Under the pieces are notes generated by a model. It had not been told where the DNA came from and searched no databases. It saw only the letters and a program-made list of their open reading frames with translations. 64,000 nucleotides of DNA, taken from an uncultured Gammaproteobacteria bacterium. GTDB lineage: Bacteria > Patescibacteriota > Microgenomatia > JAMCZE01. The stretch lies in NCBI GenBank assembly GCA_964576435.1, contig CAZNUP010000001.1, positions 226,345 through 290,344 of the forward strand. The letters run 5' to 3'. This document shows, piece by piece, positions 10,299 through 19,796 of this stretch. The position numbers were made by a program, and so were the translations under genes. Within the stretch, counting starts at the first letter, position 1. Each line of letters opens with the position of its first letter.

Positions 10299-10327
10299 AA
10301 GAAATGGAAATTCCTTCCCGCATGGGA

Positions 10328-10366
10328 CTATGGTCTTTCCGTCATCATAAAGACTTTATCTTTCAT
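10328..10366 (-). CDS. putative metG leader peptide MKDKVFMMTERP
   Basis: ATG AAA GAT AAA GTC TTT ATG ATG ACG GAA AGA CCA TAG. Tandem Met codons; lies 7 nt downstream of TGaTATAAT and upstream of an antiterminator/terminator pair. Confidence 0.65.
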   Translation of the reverse strand: MKDKVFMMTERP

Positions 10367-10373
10367 TAGGTTT

Positions 10374-10382
10374 ATTATATCA
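10374..10382 (-). promoter_or_regulatory. extended -10 promoter of the metG leader
   Basis: TGaTATAAT; the same TGATATAATAAA string precedes the alaS T-box. Confidence 0.65.
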
Positions 10383-10811
10383 CCCCTTCCTTCTTCTACC
10401 AACTCTAAATGGCCATCCCTTGGGAAAAAGAATGTCTCTTCTAAGTTCGGCTCTTGGTTCAGTGGGGCCCCCATCCTTGATATCTTCCTTTGGTTTTCTG
10501 AAGTAAAAAATCAGTAGAACAAGGAAAGCAACCAAAAGAACAACATTAATAATAGTTAAGAGGTCGACAGCCTTAAGAAACATAACAAAACTAACTCCAA
10601 AAGCTACTATTAATGCCAACTTTGAACTCACAAAAAAAGATAACAAGGTTAAAGTAGCTAGCCACAATAATATGGCTGCAACAAGAATACTTGTTAGTGT
10701 GGGTGGAGTATACATAACTAAACCAAAAAGACCCATCATGCAAGCAAGAAAAACTGGAATCTTTATCCAGAAAATATATTTTTGCAATCGCCTATAGATT
10801 ATGGTAAACAT
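10380..10811 (-). CDS. hypothetical membrane protein (about 4 TM)
   Basis: Hydrophobic ORF with a basic C-terminal tail, filling the gap divergent from rmuC. Start uncertain. Confidence 0.65.
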   Translation of the reverse strand: MFTIIYRRLQKYIFWIKIPVFLACMMGLFGLVMYTPPTLTSILVAAILLWLATLTLLSFFVSSKLALIVAFGVSFVMFLKAVDLLTIINVVLLVAFLVLLIFYFRKPKEDIKDGGPTEPRAELRRDILFPKGWPFRVGRRRKG

Positions 10812-10822
10812 ACAGCACTAAT

Positions 10823-11728
10823 ATGGACCTGCTCATAATTCTAGCAGCAATCGTGGCTGCGACGGTAGCAATAATTTATTTTACTTCAAAAAAATCAGCT
10901 CCAGATCCCACTCTGGTGGAATGGCTTAAATCAACTGGGTTAAAAATGGATCGCCAAAACGAAGAGATAAATCGCAGACTTCAAGAATCTGCAAGATCGA
11001 TCGGTGAAATGAGCGAAATAGGTAAATCAATGAAGGATCTCCAAAGTTTTCTAGCCTCCCCAAAACTCCGTGGCGGCTTAGGCGAACAATTCCTAAAAGT
11101 TCTTCTTGAAGAAAGTCTTCCAAGAAATTCTTATGCACTGCAGTACGGATTCAAAAACGGCACTAAAGTTGACGCCATTATTAAAACTAGTTCAGGGATC
11201 ATTCCAATCGACTCTAAATTTACGATGGAAAACTTTAAAAAGATGCAGTCAGATAAGTCTTTTGAGAAATATTTTATTAGTGATGTCAAAGATAGGGTTG
11301 ATGAAATATCCAAAAAATATATTTTGACAGACGAGGGTACTGTGGACTTTGCCCTCATGTACGTTCCGTCAGAATCTGTCTACTACGAAATAGTCAATAA
11401 TGGTTCCGATCTTATGACCTACGCCTATAAAAGACGTGTTATGCCGGTTTCTCCAAGTACTTTCTACGCATTTTTAAGGTCAGTCCTCTTATCTTTTGAA
11501 GGACAACAAATTGCCGCTGAAATTAAAAACATCCAAGCTAATTTAAGAGCCATCCATCAAGAAACTAGCAAGTTTTCAGAATTGTTAGCAACTTTGCAGT
11601 CCCACATCAATAATAGCTATGCCATGATGGGTCGAGTCTCTAATCAATTTTCGAATCTCTCTTCAAAAGTCGACAACATCCAAGCTCTTAGCAAAAAGGA
11701 TGAATTGAAAGCAGAAATAGAAGGGTAA
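10823..11728 (+). CDS. rmuC: DNA recombination protein RmuC family
   Basis: N-terminal TM, coiled coil, KLRGGLGE, IPIDSKF, DFALMYVPSESVY. Confidence 0.9.
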   Translation: MDLLIILAAIVAATVAIIYFTSKKSAPDPTLVEWLKSTGLKMDRQNEEINRRLQESARSIGEMSEIGKSMKDLQSFLASPKLRGGLGEQFLKVLLEESLPRNSYALQYGFKNGTKVDAIIKTSSGIIPIDSKFTMENFKKMQSDKSFEKYFISDVKDRVDEISKKYILTDEGTVDFALMYVPSESVYYEIVNNGSDLMTYAYKRRVMPVSPSTFYAFLRSVLLSFEGQQIAAEIKNIQANLRAIHQETSKFSELLATLQSHINNSYAMMGRVSNQFSNLSSKVDNIQALSKKDELKAEIEG

Positions 11729-11756
11729 TTACTTTAATTTATTGTATACTCTCCCC

Positions 11757-14576
11757 ATGTCAAAGGATAAAAACTCCCTATTAAATTCCGAGCAAAGATT
11801 AGCAGTTGAACATACCACTGGTCCACTTTTAATTGTTGCAGGGGCTGGAACTGGCAAGACGACAGTCATAACAGAAAGAATTAAGTGGCTTATTGGAACT
11901 AATCTCGCTAAACCAGAGGAAATATTAGCTTTAACTTTTACGGAAAAAGCAGCAAAGGAAATGGAAACCCGTGTTGATGAGGCTCTTCCGTATGGAACCT
12001 TCGGTTTATGGATTTCAACGTTTCATTCATTTTGCGACAGGGTACTTCGAAATGAAGCCTTAAATATTGGTTTAGATTCCTCGTTCAGACTTACAAGTGA
12101 TGCCGAAAGATTTATGTTTGTCAAAAAAAACTTTTGGAAGTTTGAGTTAAATCAATTTAGGCCTCGCGGAAATCCATTTAAGTTTATTGAGGGCATGCTT
12201 AGCCATTTTGATCGTTTAAAAGACGAAGACATTTCAATTTCAGACTACGAAGGATTCGCCAAAAAATGTGGAGAAGGAGAACTTGGAGATAAATATAGAG
12301 AGTTGGCAGCCGCCTTTAAAACATATGAGGAACTAAAAGAAAAAGAAGGGTTAATGGACTTTTCTGATTTAATAGCAAACACTTTAAGACTCTTCAGAGA
12401 CAGAAAGGTGATTTTAGAATCCTACCAGAAACAATTTAAATATATTCTTGTCGACGAATTTCAAGACACAAATTACGCCCAAAATGAAATGCTCAAGCTT
12501 TTGGCTGGCAAAACAAAAAATATTACAGTCGTAGCTGACGACGACCAATCAATTTATAGATTTAGAGGGGCAGCTGTTAGTAATGTCATTCAATTTAGAA
12601 AAACATTCGAAAATACTAAAGTAGTAACTCTTGTTAAAAACTATAGATCTAGCCAAGAAATTCTTGATAGGTCTTATGATTTGATAACAAAAAATAATCC
12701 TGACAGGTTAGAGATTCAAGAAAAGATTGACAAGAAATTAATAGCTTCAGGATCCAATAAGAAGTTCGCCGAGGAAAAAGTTGAAATGATCTATGTTGAC
12801 CGAGTTGAAGACGAAGCTGAAAAAGTTGTCTCAAAAATACTAGAACTTAAGAAAAAACATAAACTTGATTACAAAGACTTTGCAATTTTAGTGAGAGCAA
12901 ATAATCATAGCGAGCCGTTTATCAGGTCACTCGAGCGAACTAGAGTTCCATACCAGTTCTTAGGCCCAGGACAGCTATTTCGCCAACCAGAGGTCAAAGA
13001 TCTTATTGCCTACTTAAAGTTTCTTGCGGATTTTACAGACTCAACCTCTCTCTACCGGGTACTCTCAATGGATATTTTTGACATTTCTCAGCGCGAATTA
13101 ATTGAACTCTTAAATAAAGCAAAGCTCCAAAACGTTTCTCTTTTTGAACTTATGGAAACTTCCTCTAAAGATAACGTCAAAAGGTTAGTCGAGATGATTC
13201 ACAGGAATCAAGAGTTGGTAAAAAAAGAGACTGCCGGTCAAATTTTATTTTTCTTCTTAGAAGATTCCGGATTGATTACTGACTTGGTCAAAAACGAGAC
13301 GCAATCTGAAGAAAAAAAAGCTCAAAACATTTCTAAATTTTTTGACAAATTAAAAGCCTTTGAAACAGCAAATGAGGACGCTAGTGTCTTTGCTGTTGTT
13401 GACTACCTAGATTTGGCTATGGAAATGGGGGAAAGTCCTCTTGCTGCTGAAGTCGATTGGTCACAAAATGATGCCATCAATATTTTGACGATTCATTCTG
13501 CAAAAGGCTTAGAGTTTCCAGTAGTTTTTCTAGTTAATTTAATAGAAGGACGGTTTCCAAGTAGAGAAAGAAAAGAACAAATTCCAATCCCCGATGAACT
13601 TATAAAAGAAATACTCCCAGTTGGGGATTTCCATACTCAAGAAGAGCGGCGCCTATTTTATGTTGGTATGACCCGTGCTAAAGAGCACTTGATTTTCTCA
13701 GCAGCTAACTTTTATGGGGAGGGAAAAAGAGAACGTAAACTTTCACCTTTTGTTATTGAAGCAGTGGGGGAGCAAGAATTTAAAAAAGACATAAGCGCTA
13801 AAAACCAACTTCCACTTTTTGAATGGAAAAAAGAACCAGAGTTAAAATCTGAACCAAAAGAGGCATTTAAAGTCGAGCACCTGTCTTATTCCGCAATTGA
13901 AACCTTCAAAACCTGTCCCTTGCACTACAAATTAAAATATATTGGTAACCTACCAACAGTCCAAACAGCTTCCCAGTCACTTGGAAACTCTATCCATCTT
14001 GCTTTAAGAGATTTTTATGAGAATAAAGATTCAGACATACTGGGTAGTTTAAAAAGAAATTGGATTAAAGAAGGTTATGCTTCAACGGCTCATGAAGAAG
14101 AGTCATTAAAAAAAGCAAAGGTTTTTCTAACAGACTATTTAAAATCTGATTTACATAAAAATGGTAAGCCAATTATTCTTGAACAGTCATTTGTCATTAA
14201 ACTTGATAGCTTAAAAGTGCTTGGAAAAATTGACCGAATTGATGATCTCGGAAATGGAGAGATTGAAATCATTGATTACAAAACTGGAGCAAATATACCA
14301 ACGCAAAGGGAAATAGATTTAGATCTACAAATGGGAATTTATGCTTTAGCAGCAACAGATAAAGGAATTCTAAATCGGAAAATCGACAAAGTTAAAATGA
14401 GTTTTTATTTTTTTGATACAGGATCCAAAATAACTACCACAAGAAAAATAGAAGATTTAGAAAAAATCAAAACTCGAATATTAGAGGTACGGGATGAAAT
14501 AGAAAAATCAGACTTCGAATGTTCTAAAGGAGTATTTTGTCAAAACTGCGAGTATAAAATTCTATGTAGTTGTTAA
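11757..14576 (+). CDS. UvrD/REP helicase fused to a C-terminal PD-(D/E)XK nuclease with Cys cluster
   Basis: AGAGTGKT, VDEFQD, HSAKGLEF, EERRLFYVGMTRA; then SYSAIETFKTCP, GKIDRID, IIDYKTG, QMGIYA, C..CQNCEYKILC. ATG 11757 lies 6 nt after TATACT. Confidence 0.9.
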   Translation: MSKDKNSLLNSEQRLAVEHTTGPLLIVAGAGTGKTTVITERIKWLIGTNLAKPEEILALTFTEKAAKEMETRVDEALPYGTFGLWISTFHSFCDRVLRNEALNIGLDSSFRLTSDAERFMFVKKNFWKFELNQFRPRGNPFKFIEGMLSHFDRLKDEDISISDYEGFAKKCGEGELGDKYRELAAAFKTYEELKEKEGLMDFSDLIANTLRLFRDRKVILESYQKQFKYILVDEFQDTNYAQNEMLKLLAGKTKNITVVADDDQSIYRFRGAAVSNVIQFRKTFENTKVVTLVKNYRSSQEILDRSYDLITKNNPDRLEIQEKIDKKLIASGSNKKFAEEKVEMIYVDRVEDEAEKVVSKILELKKKHKLDYKDFAILVRANNHSEPFIRSLERTRVPYQFLGPGQLFRQPEVKDLIAYLKFLADFTDSTSLYRVLSMDIFDISQRELIELLNKAKLQNVSLFELMETSSKDNVKRLVEMIHRNQELVKKETAGQILFFFLEDSGLITDLVKNETQSEEKKAQNISKFFDKLKAFETANEDASVFAVVDYLDLAMEMGESPLAAEVDWSQNDAINILTIHSAKGLEFPVVFLVNLIEGRFPSRERKEQIPIPDELIKEILPVGDFHTQEERRLFYVGMTRAKEHLIFSAANFYGEGKRERKLSPFVIEAVGEQEFKKDISAKNQLPLFEWKKEPELKSEPKEAFKVEHLSYSAIETFKTCPLHYKLKYIGNLPTVQTASQSLGNSIHLALRDFYENKDSDILGSLKRNWIKEGYASTAHEEESLKKAKVFLTDYLKSDLHKNGKPIILEQSFVIKLDSLKVLGKIDRIDDLGNGEIEIIDYKTGANIPTQREIDLDLQMGIYALAATDKGILNRKIDKVKMSFYFFDTGSKITTTRKIEDLEKIKTRILEVRDEIEKSDFECSKGVFCQNCEYKILCSC

Positions 14577-15158
14577 CTATAAAACCTTTCTTGGGATAAT
14601 AAATATATAGAGAGCACTCACGATACATAAAGCTGCCATCATAATAAATAATGCATTAAAACCAAATGCAGTAGCAATAACTGCCCCTAAAGCCGCTCCT
14701 ATTGCTTGGCAAAAATAGTTTACGCTTTCCCAAGCTCCCCATTCTCTTCCCTCTGATTTACTTTTAAGGTGTTTGCTATAAACAGAGTCAAAAGCCGGTT
14801 CGTAAATAGCAATTCCTATTCCAATTATGATTTGCACAACTGCTAAAAACCAGACGTTACTTACAAAATTATATAAAATAAATCCTGCGCCAATAATCAG
14901 ATACCCAACTGCAATAATAAGTTCATCGTCTTTGACCTGGTCACTTATTTTCCCTGTAAAGATTACAACAATACCTGCAGTTATTGCCAATGTGCTGACT
15001 GCCAAACCTACTTCAAGGATATCTCCTCCAATTTCCTCCACAAAAATAGCCCAGATCGGAGCAAGCATTGCTATTGAAATCAAAACAGCACTATTTGTTA
15101 ATATGAGGATAATTAGAGGTTTGTTTAAGGAAAATAAATTATCAAAAAACTTCTTCAC
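14577..15158 (-). CDS. half-size (about 6 TM) MFS-like transporter
   Basis: Motif A-like GKISDQVKD, QIIIGIG..PAFDS and EGREWG; 193 aa; start overlaps the map stop. Confidence 0.75.
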   Translation of the reverse strand: MKKFFDNLFSLNKPLIILILTNSAVLISIAMLAPIWAIFVEEIGGDILEVGLAVSTLAITAGIVVIFTGKISDQVKDDELIIAVGYLIIGAGFILYNFVSNVWFLAVVQIIIGIGIAIYEPAFDSVYSKHLKSKSEGREWGAWESVNYFCQAIGAALGAVIATAFGFNALFIMMAALCIVSALYIFIIPRKVL

Positions 15159-15907
15159 TACAACATTGTAGCAATTTCTGGGCCGTTTTTGGTTATGATT
15201 ACCGTATGTTCAAATAGTCCAGAAACTGACATGTCTTTTGTAACAATCGTCCACCCGTCGTCGTTAAGATAAACTACCTGTGAACTGCCTTCGTTATAGA
15301 TTGCTTCTATAGCAAAGACCATTCCCTCTTTAATTACTGGTGTGTTTTCAATTTCGCCTCTAAGGTAGCAAGGAATTTCTGGGTCCTCATGGAGTTTGTA
15401 TCCAACTCCATGTCCCACTAGCTGTTTAACTGGGAAATATCCTCCACCCCTTATATTTTCCTCCATTACTTTGGATATATCTCCAACATGTTTTCCAGGA
15501 ACACACTCCTTAATTGAATTTTTAACAGCCATTTCACCTGCTTTTAAAAACTTGTCTAGTTTATTAGTTCCAACCTCAACACTCCATGATGCGTCTGAAT
15601 GGAACCCCTTGTAGACCGTTCCAAGATCCACTCCCAACCTATCTCCTTTTTGTAATTTATAATCTGTGGGAATTCCATGAACGACCATATCGTTAACATT
15701 CATGCAGGTTGTCCATTTGTACCCAGGTTCCATCATAAATGATGGTTCACCACCCATTTCTCTAATAATTTTTTCAGCTAGTTTATCAAGATAGTTGGTG
15801 CTAACTCCAACCTTAACTTCGGCTAAAACTTGCTTCAAAGCCTCCGCGGTAATCTTTCCAGATTTCCTAATTAAACTAATTTCTTCTTGCGAATATATGT
15901 TGATCAT
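15158..15907 (-). CDS. map: methionine aminopeptidase type I
   Basis: VVHGIP, DLG, GHGVG..LHEDP, FAIE, FEHT. Confidence 0.96.
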   Translation of the reverse strand: MINIYSQEEISLIRKSGKITAEALKQVLAEVKVGVSTNYLDKLAEKIIREMGGEPSFMMEPGYKWTTCMNVNDMVVHGIPTDYKLQKGDRLGVDLGTVYKGFHSDASWSVEVGTNKLDKFLKAGEMAVKNSIKECVPGKHVGDISKVMEENIRGGGYFPVKQLVGHGVGYKLHEDPEIPCYLRGEIENTPVIKEGMVFAIEAIYNEGSSQVVYLNDDGWTIVTKDMSVSGLFEHTVIITKNGPEIATML

Positions 15908-16416
15908 AAGTTTATTTGTGCCGCTACTTCTTCTGGCGATCTTGACCCATCAATTTCTAAAAGCTTTCCTTGCTTTCTGTAGAATTCAAGAATTGGTTGT
16001 GTCCTTTCGTGAAATAATTTCAGTCTCTGGGTAATTGTTTCAATTTTGTCATCCGCTCTGCCTCTAGCAAGGAGCCTCTTAATTGCCTCATTATCCGAAA
16101 GACTGATGTAGACAACTTTATCTATTGGGAAAAGCTCTCTCTGGGCTTGTGTCAGAGTCCTCGGAAACCCATCTAAAACAAAGCCTCCTTGAATTTTGGC
16201 TAAATTCTTATCAACAACTTCAAAAGTAGTTTCGTCGTCAACAAGCCCGCCCTTTTCTAAAATATCTTTAATCTTAAATCCAAGTTCTGAGTTTTCTTCA
16301 GCAATTTTTCTATAAACATTGCCTGTCTCAATATGGGGAAGATTCAGTTTCTGTGCTAGAAGCTCAGCTTGGGTAGTTTTTCCCGAGCCTTGTGGGCCCA
16401 TGATGACTATGTTCAT
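15904..16416 (-). CDS. adk: adenylate kinase (short LID)
   Basis: [23 protein letters not shown]; lies between secY and map. Confidence 0.95.
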   Translation of the reverse strand: MNIVIMGPQGSGKTTQAELLAQKLNLPHIETGNVYRKIAEENSELGFKIKDILEKGGLVDDETTFEVVDKNLAKIQGGFVLDGFPRTLTQAQRELFPIDKVVYISLSDNEAIKRLLARGRADDKIETITQRLKLFHERTQPILEFYRKQGKLLEIDGSRSPEEVAAQINL

Positions 16417-17699
16417 TTTGAATATTGATCGTAGCTTCTTGTGACAATCATTGTTTCAAACTGTCTTGCTGTTTCCAAAACTACTGATACCACAATGAGC
16501 ATCCCAGTCCCTCCAACTGTAAGGGTTGCCACGTTTGAAATTCCTTGGGCCAAAGAAGGTAAGATTGCAATAATGCCAAGGAAAACTGCCCCTGCTAAAG
16601 TTATTCTTGTAATTATGTAATTTAAATACGACGCTGTTGACGGCCCTGGTCTAATTCCTGGAATGAATCCACCATGTTTCTGTATCTCTTCGGAAATTTT
16701 CTTTGGGTTAAAAATTACGGCTGTATAAAAATATGTGAATCCGATGACAAGAACAAAGTACACCGCATTATAGAAAATGCCATTTGGACTAAACAACTTA
16801 GTCAAAAATTCCCCAATTCTAGAAAGTGCTGGATTTGGTACTTGCGTCAAATATCCTCCAATAAGCGAGGGAAGTAAAACCAGTGAGACTGCAAAAATGA
16901 TGGGAATAACTCCCGCCTGGTTAATTCTTAGGGGTAAGAAAGTTGATTGTCCTCCATACATTTTGTTCCCTCGAACTCTTCTTGCGTAAACAATTGGTAC
17001 CTGCCTTACAGCTTGATTAACAAGCACGATTCCAGCAATAACTGCAAGTCCTACTGCGGCAAATGCCAAAATGTTCAATATCTGATCGCTACTAGCTACT
17101 GTGAATGTTTGTCCAATAAGGATTGGCATTCTCCCAACGATACCAGCAAAGATTAACATTGAAATTCCATTACCAATACCCTTTTCTGTAACAAGCTCTC
17201 CGAGCCACATCAAAAGGACTGTGCCGGCTGTGAGAGTCAATATGAAAGACACTAAAGTTATTGGATCAAGTGCAATGATAATTCCTTGATTCTTAAGAAG
17301 GGCATAGGTTCCAAGTGCTTGGACAGCTGCAAGTGGGATTGTGAGCATTCTGGAATACTGGTTTATCTTCATTCTTCCTTGTTCGCCTTCTTTTGAGAGC
17401 TCCTCAAGTTTAGGGAAGACCATCTGTAAAAGCTGTAAGATGATAGTCGCATTGATATATGGGTTAAGCCCAAGAGCCATTACTGAGAAGTTGGCTAGTG
17501 TACCTCCTGAAAATATATCCAAAAGCCCTAGGAATTCATTGCTGGCAAAAAGGCTTTTGAGTTGTGGCACGTCGACTCCAGGAACTGGAATGTGGGCAAA
17601 GAACCTAAAAACCAAAAAAATCATTGCTGTAAAGAGAATTCTTTGGCGAAGTTCCGGTGTTTGCCAAGCTTTTACAAATGGATCAAAAAATTTGTTCAT
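16413..17699 (-). CDS. secY: preprotein translocase SecY
   Basis: [39 protein letters not shown]. Confidence 0.97.
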   Translation of the reverse strand: MNKFFDPFVKAWQTPELRQRILFTAMIFLVFRFFAHIPVPGVDVPQLKSLFASNEFLGLLDIFSGGTLANFSVMALGLNPYINATIILQLLQMVFPKLEELSKEGEQGRMKINQYSRMLTIPLAAVQALGTYALLKNQGIIIALDPITLVSFILTLTAGTVLLMWLGELVTEKGIGNGISMLIFAGIVGRMPILIGQTFTVASSDQILNILAFAAVGLAVIAGIVLVNQAVRQVPIVYARRVRGNKMYGGQSTFLPLRINQAGVIPIIFAVSLVLLPSLIGGYLTQVPNPALSRIGEFLTKLFSPNGIFYNAVYFVLVIGFTYFYTAVIFNPKKISEEIQKHGGFIPGIRPGPSTASYLNYIITRITLAGAVFLGIIAILPSLAQGISNVATLTVGGTGMLIVVSVVLETARQFETMIVTRSYDQYSK

Positions 17700-17750
17700 T
17701 AGGTGTTTATCTTATCACACCCTGCCCCTTGCTGCTAGAATGTAGTCGAT

Positions 17751-18137
17751 ATGGACCATGTAGCGATCATGAAAAAATCATTGGGTTTTTTGCCAAAAAT
17801 AATCTCAGGAGAAAAGACTATTGAGTCTCGTTTTTATAACTCAAGGCGAGCTCCTTGGGGAAAAATTAAAGCAGGGGACAGAGTATTCTTTAAAAACTCA
17901 GGGGAACCTGTGACTGTCTTAGCTTCAGTTTCCAAAGTTCTATTCAACGCGCCCAACTTAGAAGACTACAAGAAAGAGATTTGTTTAGATCCTTTGCCAA
18001 ACAAAAACTTTTCAATATTAATATTTTTAACAAAAGTCCATAAGACTAAACCGTTTGAAGTAAACAAAAAGGGCTTTGGAACAATGTCTGCCTGGTTAAT
18101 TGTGGATGATATTGATAAAATTAAGACCAATGCTTGA
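17751..18137 (+). CDS. ASCH/PUA-like domain protein
   Basis: KIISGEKTIESR (GxKxxExR) followed by IKAGDRVFF. Confidence 0.78.
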   Translation: MDHVAIMKKSLGFLPKIISGEKTIESRFYNSRRAPWGKIKAGDRVFFKNSGEPVTVLASVSKVLFNAPNLEDYKKEICLDPLPNKNFSILIFLTKVHKTKPFEVNKKGFGTMSAWLIVDDIDKIKTNA

Positions 18138-18498
18138 AGAATTCAAAAAATTTGCTGTTCGTGGAAATGCTATAGATTTAGCTGTCGGTGTAGTCATTGG
18201 TGCCGCCTTTACAGCAATCACTAATTCACTGGTAAACGACATAATAATGCCAGCCTTTTCCATGATTTTCGGAGAAGTGGACTTCTCTTCACTAAAATTT
18301 GGACCAATTGCTTATGGGAACTTCTTAAATGCAGTAGTGCAGTTCCTAATAATTTCTTTTGCACTTTTCATTTTTATTAAACAAATTAACATAATGAGAG
18401 GCGAGACTAAAAAAGCAGAAAACAAACTTTGTAAATATTGTAAATCAAGTATTCCAGAAGATGCTACCAGGTGTCCGAATTGTACTTCTAAACTTTAA
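18130..18498 (+). CDS. mscL: large-conductance mechanosensitive channel with C-terminal Zn ribbon
   Basis: EEFKKFAVRGNAIDLAVGVVIGAAF, YGNFL; tail CKYC..CPNC. ATG 18130 overlaps the ASCH stop region. Confidence 0.93.
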   Translation: MLEEFKKFAVRGNAIDLAVGVVIGAAFTAITNSLVNDIIMPAFSMIFGEVDFSSLKFGPIAYGNFLNAVVQFLIISFALFIFIKQINIMRGETKKAENKLCKYCKSSIPEDATRCPNCTSKL

Positions 18499-18929
18499 AC
18501 TATTTTTCCACCAGCTTTTTCAATTTTCTTCTTTGCACTTTCCGAAGTAGGCACTTTAATATTTAAAGCTACTTTCAAATCTCCATCTCCAAGTATTTTA
18601 ACTTTATTCACTCTTTTTCCAATAATTCCAGCTTCCCTCAAAGATTCCAATGTGACCTCACTATTTGCTTTAAGTCCATTCAAATATTTAAGGTTAACTA
18701 CTGTGTAATCTTCTTTGAATGATTTGTTCTTTCCTTTTCCACGAGCTAGTGGCAACCTCTTAAGCCATGATGCCTGGAGAGATGAACCCGCAAAGGTTAA
18801 AGGAATATTTTCTCGAGCCTTTTGTCCCTTAGTTCCTCGACCAGAGGTTTTAACTCGGCCCGAACCATGGCCTCGGCCAATTCGGCGATACTTTTTATCT
18901 GTAATTTTTGGCAAACTATTTAGATTCAT
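18495..18929 (-). CDS. rplO: 50S ribosomal protein L15
   Basis: RIGRGHGSG..KTSGRGTKGQKAR; start moved to MNLNSLPK. Confidence 0.95.
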   Translation of the reverse strand: MNLNSLPKITDKKYRRIGRGHGSGRVKTSGRGTKGQKARENIPLTFAGSSLQASWLKRLPLARGKGKNKSFKEDYTVVNLKYLNGLKANSEVTLESLREAGIIGKRVNKVKILGDGDLKVALNIKVPTSESAKKKIEKAGGKIV

Positions 18930-19485
18930 TTTTCTTTTTACCTTTCTTTGGTTTTTCTTGAGTATTTTCTGTGACGTCTTCTTTCTTCTCAACTTTTTCT
19001 GTTGGTTGGGTAGAGGACACTGGTTGTACAACTGGTCTAAGTTGTCTCAGTGCTTCTAAAGTTGCATAGACATTGTTTGCTTGGTTATTTGTGCCAAGTA
19101 CTTTACTTGAAATGTCTCTAATTCCCGCTGCATCAACAACTGCCCTAACAGCCCCGCCTGCAATAACCCCGGATCCTGGAGGCGCTGGTTTTAACATGAC
19201 CTTAGCTGCTCCAACTTTCATAAAGACTTCATGTGGGATTGTCGTTCCTCTCATGGGAACTGTCAAAAGATGCTTTTTTGCATAGGTAACGCCTTTTCTG
19301 ACAGCGCTTTGAACATCAGGTGCTTGTCCAAGTCCGACCCCAACTCTGCCCTTTTTGTCTCCCACAACAACTACAACTGAAAATCCAATCTTATTACCCC
19401 CAGATGTCTTTTTAGACACTCGGTGTACTTGAACAATTTTTTCTTCAAATTCTTTTGGTTCTTGTGGTATGTTTGGTCTTGCCAT
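18916..19485 (-). CDS. rpsE: 30S ribosomal protein S5
   Basis: RVSKKTSGG, GRVGVG, PAPPGSGVIAGG. Confidence 0.96.
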   Translation of the reverse strand: MARPNIPQEPKEFEEKIVQVHRVSKKTSGGNKIGFSVVVVVGDKKGRVGVGLGQAPDVQSAVRKGVTYAKKHLLTVPMRGTTIPHEVFMKVGAAKVMLKPAPPGSGVIAGGAVRAVVDAAGIRDISSKVLGTNNQANNVYATLEALRQLRPVVQPVSSTQPTEKVEKKEDVTENTQEKPKKGKKKNESK

Positions 19486-19494
19486 ATTTTTTAA

Positions 19495-19791
19495 CTAAAA
19501 TTTAAGGCCTGCTTCGCGTGCTGCGTCAGCAAACTTTTTAACATTACCATGATATTGGTATCCAGCTCTGTCAAAAACAACGTCTTTGACTTTTGCTTTT
19601 TCAGCGAGTTTTGTTCCAGCTTCACTTGGGTCAGTCATTTTGTTAACTGATGCAAGAGTTGTTCCTTGAACATCGTCAATAAGTTGTGCATAGAAAAATC
19701 TATTAGATTTAAACACAACAAGTCTTGGCCTTTCTGCTGTACCTCTAATCTTCTTTTTAATTACTGCTCGTCTTTGTGTTCGTTTGTTCAT
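19495..19791 (-). CDS. rplR: 50S ribosomal protein L18
   Basis: [30 protein letters not shown]. Confidence 0.95.
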   Translation of the reverse strand: MNKRTQRRAVIKKKIRGTAERPRLVVFKSNRFFYAQLIDDVQGTTLASVNKMTDPSEAGTKLAEKAKVKDVVFDRAGYQYHGNVKKFADAAREAGLKF

Positions 19792-19796
19792 ATGTT

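Noticed and set aside
10260-10370. T-box or SAM riboswitch upstream of metG
   Set aside because: No GGTGGNACC T-box motif and no SAM-I core are visible; the uORF/terminator model fits better.
13860-14576. Cas4 / CRISPR-Cas locus
   Set aside because: The Cas4-like nuclease is fused to a UvrD helicase; no repeat-spacer array or other cas genes are seen in the window.
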